Source: a virus
Virus record (IMG/VR): IMGVR_UViG_3300029770_000022
DNA length: 40,042 nt
Reading direction: 5' to 3' (one strand)
Part shown: positions 1 through 5,983 of the stretch, one piece after another
Layout of the letters: each line of letters begins with the position of its first letter
Numbering within the stretch: position 1 is the first letter of the stretch
The notes under the pieces: model-generated
Database searches by the model: none
What the model saw: the letters and a program-made list of their open reading frames with translations, nothing else
Told to the model about the DNA's origin: nothing
Made by a program: the position numbers and the translations under genes

Positions 1-180
1 GCGGCCTCTGCGACGGGCTATCGGGGCGCGGCCTCTGCGACGGGCTATCAGGGCGCGGCCTCTGCGACGGGCTATCAGGGCGCGGCCTCTGCGACGGGCA
101 CTCGGGGCGCGGCCTCTGCGACGGGCTATCGGGGCGCGGCCTCTGCGACGGGCTATCGGGGCGCGGCCTCTGCGACGGGC
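1..180 (+). repeat. 27-bp coding tandem repeat, 6 full units plus a partial; continuation of the array at 39583..40042
   Basis: Unit is gcggcctctgcgacgggcNNNcNgggc, read directly. It translates in frame 1 as AASATG-x-x-G. Confidence 0.95.
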
Positions 181-381
181 GAAGCGTCGGTCGCTATGGC
201 ATCCGGATGTGATGGCCGTGTAATGGGCGCTATCGGCTGCGCGATCTTCGCCGTGGAGCGAGGGAAATTTGATGGCAATACATGGCAGATTGTCTCCGCC
301 GCAGCCGGAATCGTGGACGGCGTAACGCTCAAAGAAAAGACGTGGTACAAGTGCGTCGGCGGGAAATTTGTGGAGGTGTGA
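1..381 (+). CDS. 3' part of the repeat-containing protein whose 5' part is 39214..40042
   Basis: Frame 1 is open from nt 1 with stop TGA at 379-381. Translation: (AASATGxxG)n then EASVAMASGCDGRVMGAIG...KCVGGKFVEV. Confidence 0.85.
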   Translation, partial: AASATGYRGAASATGYQGAASATGYQGAASATGTRGAASATGYRGAASATGYRGAASATGEASVAMASGCDGRVMGAIGCAIFAVERGKFDGNTWQIVSAAAGIVDGVTLKEKTWYKCVGGKFVEV

Positions 382-384
382 CGG

Positions 385-1143
385 GTGACGCATCTGAGCC
401 TGTTTAGCGGCATCGGAGGGCTGGATCTGGCGGCGGAATGGGCCGGGTTTGAAACCGTCGGACAGTGCGAATTTGCAGACTATCCGACAAAGGTACTGGA
501 AAAGCACTGGCCGGACGTGCCGCGCTGGCGCGACATCCGGACTTTGACAAAGGAGAGCTTCTATGAGCGAACAGGACTACGAACAGTTGACGTTATTTCC
601 GGCGGATTCCCCTGTCAGCCGTTCTCCGTGGCAGGAAAGCAAAAAGGAAAATGGGATGATCGTTACCTATGGCCTGAGATGCTCCGAGTTATCCGAGAGC
701 TGCGCCCGCATTGCGTTGTCGGTGAGAACGTTGCTGGACTTGTTCGAATTGCGCTTGAAGAAATACTTTCCGAATTGCAAAGCATCGGCTATGAAGCAAG
801 GGCCTACAGTTCTACGGCTCATGATGTCGGAGGACTGCACAAGGGAGAAAGAATTTTTATCGTGGCCGCGCCCGACTACGGGAGCACCGCTTTGCGGAGG
901 GACGCACAATTTCCGGCAGATGGTGATATTGAGGGACGAAGGAATAATCACGGAAGAGGAGAGGAGAAACCTAACTTGTGGAAGCGGTGGGAGAACGAAC
1001 CCCGCCCTTATGGAGTGGCTAATGGGATTCCCCATCGGGTGGACAGACTTAAATGCCTCGGAAACGCAGTAGTCCCGCAGCAGGCATATCCGATCTTCCG
1101 CGCATTGCGGGAGGAATTAACGAGGATGGAGGAAACAACATGA
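385..1143 (+). CDS. DNA (cytosine-5) methyltransferase, alpha-like polypeptide lacking TRD and motif IX
   Basis: GTG start 4 nt after the upstream stop. Motifs: FSGIGG (I), GFPCQPFS (IV), ENV (VI), HKGERIFIV (VIII-like), LGNAVVPQ (X). Only about 45 aa separate VIII and X, and no GFPxxW motif is present. Confidence 0.9.
   Translation: MTHLSLFSGIGGLDLAAEWAGFETVGQCEFADYPTKVLEKHWPDVPRWRDIRTLTKESFYERTGLRTVDVISGGFPCQPFSVAGKQKGKWDDRYLWPEMLRVIRELRPHCVVGENVAGLVRIALEEILSELQSIGYEARAYSSTAHDVGGLHKGERIFIVAAPDYGSTALRRDAQFPADGDIEGRRNNHGRGEEKPNLWKRWENEPRPYGVANGIPHRVDRLKCLGNAVVPQQAYPIFRALREELTRMEETT
563..1072 (+). CDS. Nested alternate-frame ORF inside the C5-MTase gene; beta-like polypeptide carrying a motif IX-like segment
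   Basis: AGGAG (551-555) lies 7 nt before ATG 563. The 169-aa ORF has a balanced, protein-like composition, unlike other alternate-frame ORFs here. It contains LSWPRPTTGAPLCGG and NPALMEWLMGFPIGWTDL, the latter matching the C5-MTase motif IX consensus. Confidence 0.6.
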   Translation: MSEQDYEQLTLFPADSPVSRSPWQESKKENGMIVTYGLRCSELSESCARIALSVRTLLDLFELRLKKYFPNCKASAMKQGPTVLRLMMSEDCTREKEFLSWPRPTTGAPLCGGTHNFRQMVILRDEGIITEEERRNLTCGSGGRTNPALMEWLMGFPIGWTDLNASETQ

Positions 1144-1502
1144 TCAAAGAAGAAATCGTAAAGGCGCTGCGGTATTGCGCCGACGGGGAGTCTTGTGCTG
1201 ATTGCATCTATTGCACCCTTGGATTGCCGCATCTCCCGTGCTATCAAAAGGACACCGATGCCGCCGACCTGATCGAGGCACAGGCGGCGGAGATCGAGAA
1301 GCTGAAAGCGCAGGTGCCGAGGTGGATTCCGGCAGCGGATAAGATTCCACCGGATCAAGAGGAAGTGCTTGTGCTGACGCAGAGCAAAAACGGAGTGCGG
1401 AATGTGGATAAGGGCTACTGGGCGATTGACCATTTTATCCATCGCGGCCGATCGGAGGTCACGCACTGGATGCCGCTGCCGGAGGAGGAGGCGTTGGCGT
1501 GA
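1140..1502 (+). CDS. DUF551-like phage protein with an N-terminal Cys-rich/coiled module
   Basis: ATGA overlap with the MTase stop, GGAGG upstream. The C-terminus (WIPAADKIPP...VLVL...THWMPLPEEE) resembles DUF551. The N-terminal ~60 aa are paralogous to 2276..2464. Confidence 0.7.
   Translation: MIKEEIVKALRYCADGESCADCIYCTLGLPHLPCYQKDTDAADLIEAQAAEIEKLKAQVPRWIPAADKIPPDQEEVLVLTQSKNGVRNVDKGYWAIDHFIHRGRSEVTHWMPLPEEEALA
1257..1319 (+). repeat. 63-bp direct repeat, copy A (61/63 identical to 2387..2449)
   Basis: gatgccgccgacctgatcgaggcRcaggcggcggagatcgagaRgctgaaagcgcaggtgccg, read in both places. Confidence 0.95.
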
Positions 1503-2185
1503 CAAGTAGCATAACGTACAATATGGACTGCATGCAATACATGAAATTGCAGCCAGATAAGGCGTTTTCACTCGCGGTTGTAGACCCACCGTATTTTAGC
1601 GGCCCAGAAAGAAGAGGATACTACGGAAACAAGGTAAGCAAAATAGGGGTTCACAGAAGCTATAAACGCTCCCCAAAGTGGGAAGTTCCAGGGGCGGCTT
1701 ACTTTGATGAACTCTGCAGGGTAGCGCAAAAAATCATAGTTTTTGGGTGCAACTACTACAAATACAATTTCCCTCCTGGGCGAATTGTCTGGGACAAATG
1801 CAACGGGGGAAACAGCTTCAGCGACTGCGAGCTGGCCGCAACAAACTGCCATGAAAGCGTTAGGCTGTTCCGCTATATGTGGAATGGCATGATGCAGGGA
1901 AAAAGTATTGAAGATGGAGCCACCATGCAGGGCAATAAGAGAAAAAATGAAATAAGAATACACCCAACGCAGAAACCTGTTGCACTGTATGCTTGGATAT
2001 TCAGCCGCTATGCAAAGCAGGGGGATAGAATCCTTGATACACATTTAGGGAGTGGATCAAGCAGGATTGCAGCATGGGATGCAGGGGTGGATTTCGTCGG
2101 GATTGAACTGGACAAGTATTATTTCGAGCTGGAAGAAAGAAGATTTGCCGAGTATTCTTCGCAAATGAGAATATCGGAACTGTGA
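1499..2185 (+). CDS. DNA N6-adenine/N4-cytosine methyltransferase (DPPY type, PF01555-like)
   Basis: GTG start 7 nt after GGAGGAGGAGG. Motifs: VVDPPYF catalytic motif, HPTQKP, LDTHLGSGSS AdoMet motif. GC is visibly lower than in the flanks. Confidence 0.85.
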   Translation: MTSSITYNMDCMQYMKLQPDKAFSLAVVDPPYFSGPERRGYYGNKVSKIGVHRSYKRSPKWEVPGAAYFDELCRVAQKIIVFGCNYYKYNFPPGRIVWDKCNGGNSFSDCELAATNCHESVRLFRYMWNGMMQGKSIEDGATMQGNKRKNEIRIHPTQKPVALYAWIFSRYAKQGDRILDTHLGSGSSRIAAWDAGVDFVGIELDKYYFELEERRFAEYSSQMRISEL

Positions 2186-2210
2186 GAAATGAAAACCAGG
2201 AGGACAAAAA

Positions 2211-2279
2211 ATGAAAAAAAGATTTGCAATCGTGGTGCTGGCGCTGGCCGAGCATATCAGGAAGGCGGCGGAGACATGA
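2211..2279 (+). CDS. Possible 22-aa micro-ORF (MKKRFAIVVLALAEHIRKAAET) translationally coupled to the next gene
   Basis: Perfect AGGAGG (2198-2203) lies 7 nt before ATG 2211. Its TGA overlaps ATG 2276 (ATGA). Confidence 0.25.
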   Translation: MKKRFAIVVLALAEHIRKAAET

Positions 2280-2464
2280 CCAAAGAAGAAATCGTGAAGA
2301 CGCTGCGGGCGTGTGAAGAGCATGACTGTAGTTCTTGCAAGTACCGGTTGAGAAAAGAGCCATTTTGCGTAGATGCGCTAATACGGGATGCCGCCGACCT
2401 GATCGAGGCGCAGGCGGCGGAGATCGAGAGGCTGAAAGCGCAGGTGCCGGGGGTGGAGGTATGA
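2276..2464 (+). CDS. Small Cys-rich/coiled protein, paralog of the N-terminal module of 1140..1502
   Basis: MTKEEIVKTLRACEEHDCSSCKY...AADLIEAQAAEIERLKAQVP. Shares the 63-bp repeat. The start is chosen over ATG 2189, which lacks an SD. Confidence 0.6.
   Translation: MTKEEIVKTLRACEEHDCSSCKYRLRKEPFCVDALIRDAADLIEAQAAEIERLKAQVPGVEV
2387..2449 (+). repeat. 63-bp direct repeat, copy B
   Basis: See copy A at 1257..1319. Confidence 0.95.
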
Positions 2465-2769
2465 AGGTCTACATAGCCGGTAAGATCACCGGGGATCCGA
2501 ACTACAAGGGGAAATTTGCCGCAGAGGCAGAGAAAATCCGCGCGGCGGGGCACATTGCCCTGAATCCGGCGGAGCTGCCGGAGGGAATGGAGCCGGGCGA
2601 CTATATGCGGATTTGTTTTGCGATGATTGACGTTGCGGACGTGGTGGCGTTTCTGCCGGGGTGGCAGGAAAGCAGCGGGGCAAATGTAGAATGGTCGTAT
2701 GCCTGCTACTGCCGCAAGCGCGTGATCGGCAGCGCATACGTCGAGGATTGGGCGACGGTGGAGGTATGA
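2461..2769 (+). CDS. DUF4406-like (nucleoside 2-deoxyribosyltransferase-like fold) protein
   Basis: MKVYIAGKITGDPNY...NP...YM...DVVAFLPGWQESSGANVEW matches the remembered DUF4406 consensus. ATGA overlap with the upstream stop. Confidence 0.7.
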   Translation: MKVYIAGKITGDPNYKGKFAAEAEKIRAAGHIALNPAELPEGMEPGDYMRICFAMIDVADVVAFLPGWQESSGANVEWSYACYCRKRVIGSAYVEDWATVEV

Positions 2770-3110
2770 AACAGAGCGGATATCTGAAGCGGCAGGCGGA
2801 TGTGCAGGATCGCCTGCTGAAAATTGGGACGGAGGTCGGGCAGCAGCAGGTCTTTGACGCGCTGGCGCTGGCACTCCGCGATCCGGCGGTCATGGGCGCG
2901 AAAGGCGTACTCGGTCCGGCAAAGGTCAAGACCGTGTGCCAGCGTGTACAGGAGATTGTGCATGAGTTTGCGGATGCATGGTCTCCCGGCCCGGAGCAGG
3001 ACTACCAACAGGACAGGCTTGACCGGGCGCTGAAGGACGTTTTTGGCGGGGATTTGCAGCCGTTTGCAGTGCGATACCCGTTTATCAAAGATCAAAAAAT
3101 CAGGAGGTAA
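2766..3110 (+). CDS. Hypothetical protein
   Basis: ATGA-coupled start after GGAGG. 114 aa, no recognisable motif. Confidence 0.6.
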   Translation: MKQSGYLKRQADVQDRLLKIGTEVGQQQVFDALALALRDPAVMGAKGVLGPAKVKTVCQRVQEIVHEFADAWSPGPEQDYQQDRLDRALKDVFGGDLQPFAVRYPFIKDQKIRR

Positions 3111-3114
3111 ACCG

Positions 3115-3444
3115 ATGAAAAAGTTATTTATTTCGCAGCCCATGGGGGGTAAGACAGACGAGGAGATTCTGGAAGTGCGTGCGCAGGCGATACAGAGTGC
3201 GGAGCGAGTGCTGGGGGAGAAAGTCGAGGTGATCGACAGCTTTTTCAAGGACGCTGTGGTTCCATCGACAGTTTTATCAAGGCCGCTGTGGTTCCTCGGC
3301 GAATCGCTGAAGCTGCTGTCCGGCGCGGATGTTGCCTACTTTGCCGATGGCTGGGAAGCCGCACGCGGGTGCAGAATCGAGCACGAATGTGCCGTTGAGT
3401 ATGGCATCACTACAATTGAGAATTACAGGAGGTTTGAAAAATGA
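3115..3444 (+). CDS. DUF4406-related / deoxyribosyltransferase-like protein (second copy, divergent)
   Basis: AGGAGG lies 6 nt upstream. MKKLFISQPMGGKTDEEI...YFADGWEAARGCRIEHECAVEYGI parallels the GW..S.GA..E pattern. Confidence 0.5.
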   Translation: MKKLFISQPMGGKTDEEILEVRAQAIQSAERVLGEKVEVIDSFFKDAVVPSTVLSRPLWFLGESLKLLSGADVAYFADGWEAARGCRIEHECAVEYGITTIENYRRFEK

Positions 3445-3713
3445 ATTTCAGAGAGGCAAATGTGCCGTGTGTTGGCGAAGCAGCGGTCAGAGAGCCGGAG
3501 AGCGTCATGGAGCTGATCGGAAAATCACACGACATCGAAAAGCGAATTGCTGAAACCTTGAGCCGAATGGAAAACAATCTATTTGGCTGCACGCCAAAAG
3601 AAGAAAAAGAGGAGGAGCCGCGCTGCCTGCGCGACGTGTGTGCAATGCACTTGAAACGCATGGGTGAGATTGATGAGGTGCTGCGGTCGATTGCGGAAAG
3701 GCTGGGCGTGTGA
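3441..3713 (+). CDS. Hypothetical protein
   Basis: CAGGAGG SD, ATGA overlap, 90 aa. Confidence 0.6.
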   Translation: MNFREANVPCVGEAAVREPESVMELIGKSHDIEKRIAETLSRMENNLFGCTPKEEKEEEPRCLRDVCAMHLKRMGEIDEVLRSIAERLGV

Positions 3714-4192
3714 TGGAGAGACTGACGTACTTCAAAAACGGGCACTGGCGGATGAAGATTAACGGCTGCCAGTACAGCGGAGAATTTATTGACCGGCTTG
3801 CTGCCTACGAGGATAGCGGACTGACCCCGGAGAAATGCGCGGTGTACGGGAAAGCGGACAGAGAAGGCCGCTACATCGTCCTGCGAGACGCGGAGGAGGA
3901 AGGGGTTGCAAGGCTCAGAGAGCTTGCTTTGGCCGACAAGGAGGGGCGCGTGGTGGTGCTGCCGTGTGAGGTTGGATCGACCGTGTATACCGAGTTTTGC
4001 GACGAGATAGTTGAGAAGCGCATCGGGCAGTTTCATGTGAACGGCTACACGGAACCGCGCCTCTGGGCAGACATCGACTGCGACTGGACAAGCACGCAGT
4101 GTGTAAGATGGGATTTGGCGATCGGAAAGACAATTTTCTTGACCCGCGCGGAAGCGGAGGAAAAATTGAAGGAGGTGCAGAAGGGTGATTGA
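3713..4192 (+). CDS. Hypothetical phage protein
   Basis: Start ATG 3713 (or GTG 3710). N-terminal MERLTYFKNG...LAAYEDSGLTPE is a pattern common in Firmicute phages. Confidence 0.6.
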   Translation: MERLTYFKNGHWRMKINGCQYSGEFIDRLAAYEDSGLTPEKCAVYGKADREGRYIVLRDAEEEGVARLRELALADKEGRVVVLPCEVGSTVYTEFCDEIVEKRIGQFHVNGYTEPRLWADIDCDWTSTQCVRWDLAIGKTIFLTRAEAEEKLKEVQKGD

Positions 4193-4406
4193 ATTGAAAC
4201 CCTGCCCGTTTTGCGGAGGAACGGCAAAGATGCGGCATGATTCTGATGGCCCCGGCTATTCCTATGTCGAGTGCGAAAAATGCCGCATGAAAAGCGTTCG
4301 ATTTATGCGTGCTTTTGAGAGAGCAAGTGATGAGGCCGCGGCAGATTTTTGGAACAGGAGGGTGAGCGATGTACATTCTGGACAGCGCACAGAAAAGCGT
4401 GATTGA
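4185..4406 (+). CDS. lar: Lar-family restriction alleviation protein
   Basis: GTG start. LKPCPFCGG...CEKC...AAADFWNRR is the Lar signature. Confidence 0.75.
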   Translation: MIELKPCPFCGGTAKMRHDSDGPGYSYVECEKCRMKSVRFMRAFERASDEAAADFWNRRVSDVHSGQRTEKRD

Positions 4407-4665
4407 ATTGAAACCCTGCCCGTTTTGCGGGGGACAAGTTAAGTTCTTGACCATGGACGACGAGTTTAACATTCGCGACGAGGAGTATGAAAAAGACCCG
4501 TGGAGCGGATTGCAGTATGGACTGTACCACGACGTGAAAGATAACGAAGGCTGCCCAATTGCCACACACGTCGACGAAATACTTGGAGTGTATGGCTACG
4601 ACACGAGAGAGGATGCCGCTGATGCTTGGAACGAGATGTGGAACAGGAGGCGCAGAAATGGCTGA
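4369..4665 (+). CDS. lar: Lar-family restriction alleviation protein (tandem paralog with insertion)
   Basis: AGGAGGG upstream of ATG 4369. LKPCPFCGG...AADAWNEMWNRR. The 32-nt segment 4399-4430 is identical to 4185-4216. Confidence 0.7.
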   Translation: MYILDSAQKSVIELKPCPFCGGQVKFLTMDDEFNIRDEEYEKDPWSGLQYGLYHDVKDNEGCPIATHVDEILGVYGYDTREDAADAWNEMWNRRRRNG

Positions 4666-4957
4666 ATACATTGAGCGAGAAGCTGCGATTGACGCAATAA
4701 TGAAGGTGTACGTCAGAACTGCCGGGTACAAGGCGAGAGAACGCATTTTTGAGGCAGAAGAAGCAGTACACCGATTGCCTGCCGCCGACGTTGTGCCGGT
4801 GGTGCGGTGTAAAGATTGCCAGAACTTGCGGCAGAGCGGGACGGGATGGTGGTGCTGCGAGTATGGCGGGACGATCACTCCGCAGGATTATTGCAGCCGG
4901 GCAGAACGTATTACCAACACAGCAGAGCCGCAGCGCGTGCCGTGGGAAGCGGATTAG
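4658..4957 (+). CDS. Hypothetical phage protein
   Basis: AGGAGG lies before ATG 4658. MAEYIEREAAIDAI...VVRCKDCQ. Confidence 0.6.
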   Translation: MAEYIEREAAIDAIMKVYVRTAGYKARERIFEAEEAVHRLPAADVVPVVRCKDCQNLRQSGTGWWCCEYGGTITPQDYCSRAERITNTAEPQRVPWEAD

Positions 4958-4969
4958 GAGGGAGAAAGC

Positions 4970-5161
4970 ATGACAGATAACCAGATCAAGTCCCCAGACC
5001 TGTGTGAGCGCTGCCGGTACTCTGACGAGTTGTGCGAGGCTCCGCGATCCTGCACAGGCTGCAAGCAGCACATCAATGCGCCGACGATCCTTTATCTCTG
5101 CCGGTGCGACACCGTAAAAGACGGAACGGTGTGTAAGTATTTTGAGGAGGCGGAAATGTGA
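4970..5161 (+). CDS. Small Cys-rich protein (possible zinc binding)
   Basis: AGGAGGGAG SD. CxxC...CxxC...CxC pattern in 63 aa. Confidence 0.55.
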   Translation: MTDNQIKSPDLCERCRYSDELCEAPRSCTGCKQHINAPTILYLCRCDTVKDGTVCKYFEEAEM

Positions 5162-5418
5162 AAGAAACGATGGTACTTATCAACCCGCGCAAAGGCGACG
5201 GAAACGGCGTGTGTGACGCGCGAGTTCCGCTGCGTGAGCTTGTCCCAGGCCTGCGGCTGACGCTTCCAGTCAATGGAACTGGCCACAACGATCCCCCGGT
5301 GTCGCATAGATGCGTCGTCCGTCATGTGCATTATGCGCACCACTGGATCCGAGTAGAGTACAAAATGAGCGGTCAGACGCTGTCGGAGTGCTTCAAATTT
5401 GTAGAGGAGGCGAGTTAG
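5158..5418 (+). CDS. Hypothetical protein
   Basis: GTGA-coupled start, 86 aa. Confidence 0.5.
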   Translation: MKETMVLINPRKGDGNGVCDARVPLRELVPGLRLTLPVNGTGHNDPPVSHRCVVRHVHYAHHWIRVEYKMSGQTLSECFKFVEEAS

Positions 5419-5419
5419 C

Positions 5420-5869
5420 ATGTATTATGGCTGCGACATGGGCTATAAAATGGCCGAAAATGATCTTCGCAACTATGCTGCAAACAAGGCCGCAATTATC
5501 AACCTTCGGGAGCAGATTAAAAACTTGGAGGATGAGGCCGGACAGATTCGGAGCGCGACAGCAGATGCAACGCCGGTGCAGGGCGGCGGCTCCACGCGTG
5601 AGGATCGGATGCTGTCTAACATCCATATGCGGGACAAGCTCGCCGGGGCGTTGAAATCTGCGGAATCGGATGTTTCCAGAGTGGAGCGGGCACTTGCGCT
5701 GCTGGATGACGAAGAGCGGCTGATCCTAAACCGGTTCTACATCAATCGACACAAAGACAGCCTTTTCAGGCTGATGGAGGAGCTAGGAATCGAGCAATCC
5801 GCAGTTTACGAGCGAAAAAGCAAGGCCTTCTTCCATTTTCGGAAAGCACTATACCCGGCAGCGCTCTAA
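5420..5869 (+). CDS. Sigma-70 region-4-like transcription regulator (ArpU/RinA-type late regulator by position)
   Basis: GAGGAGG SD. C-terminal ERLILNRFYI...LMEELGIEQSAVYERKSKAFFHFRKAL resembles a region-4 HTH. It sits just upstream of the packaging genes. Confidence 0.55.
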   Translation: MYYGCDMGYKMAENDLRNYAANKAAIINLREQIKNLEDEAGQIRSATADATPVQGGGSTREDRMLSNIHMRDKLAGALKSAESDVSRVERALALLDDEERLILNRFYINRHKDSLFRLMEELGIEQSAVYERKSKAFFHFRKALYPAAL

Positions 5870-5907
5870 AATCCGGAAAAAAACCGGAAGAAATCCGAAA
5901 GGATCTG

Positions 5908-5916
5908 TGCTACAAT
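5908..5916 (+). promoter_or_regulatory. Extended -10 element TGcTACAAT (candidate late promoter; weak -35)
   Basis: Read in the 114-nt gap between the regulator gene and the ParB-MTase gene. Confidence 0.3.
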
Positions 5917-5938
5917 GGTATCGTAAATAATTGCGCAT

Positions 5939-5962
5939 GGCACCGGAGGAATCTTCGGTGCC
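5939..5962 (+). promoter_or_regulatory. Leader stem-loop (10 bp including one G-U pair, GAAT loop) followed by TTT
   Basis: ggcaccggag gaat cttcggtgcc lies between the candidate -10 and the RBS of 5984. Confidence 0.4.
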
Positions 5963-5983
5963 TTTGCTATTGGAGGAAATCGC

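Noticed and set aside
385-1143. Reading the two MTase frames as a pseudogene or as sequencing frameshifts of one linear C5-MTase.
   Set aside because: Frame 1 is open end to end with motifs I-VIII and X intact. The motif IX-like peptide of the other frame is encoded by the same nucleotides as the motif X lead-in (HRVDRLK). No pair of frameshifts can therefore place IX before X in one chain.
2189-2464. Full 91-aa ORF starting at ATG 2189.
   Set aside because: It has no SD. The N-terminal 29 aa are K/R/G-rich junk, and homology to the paralog 1140..1502 begins exactly at Met 2276.
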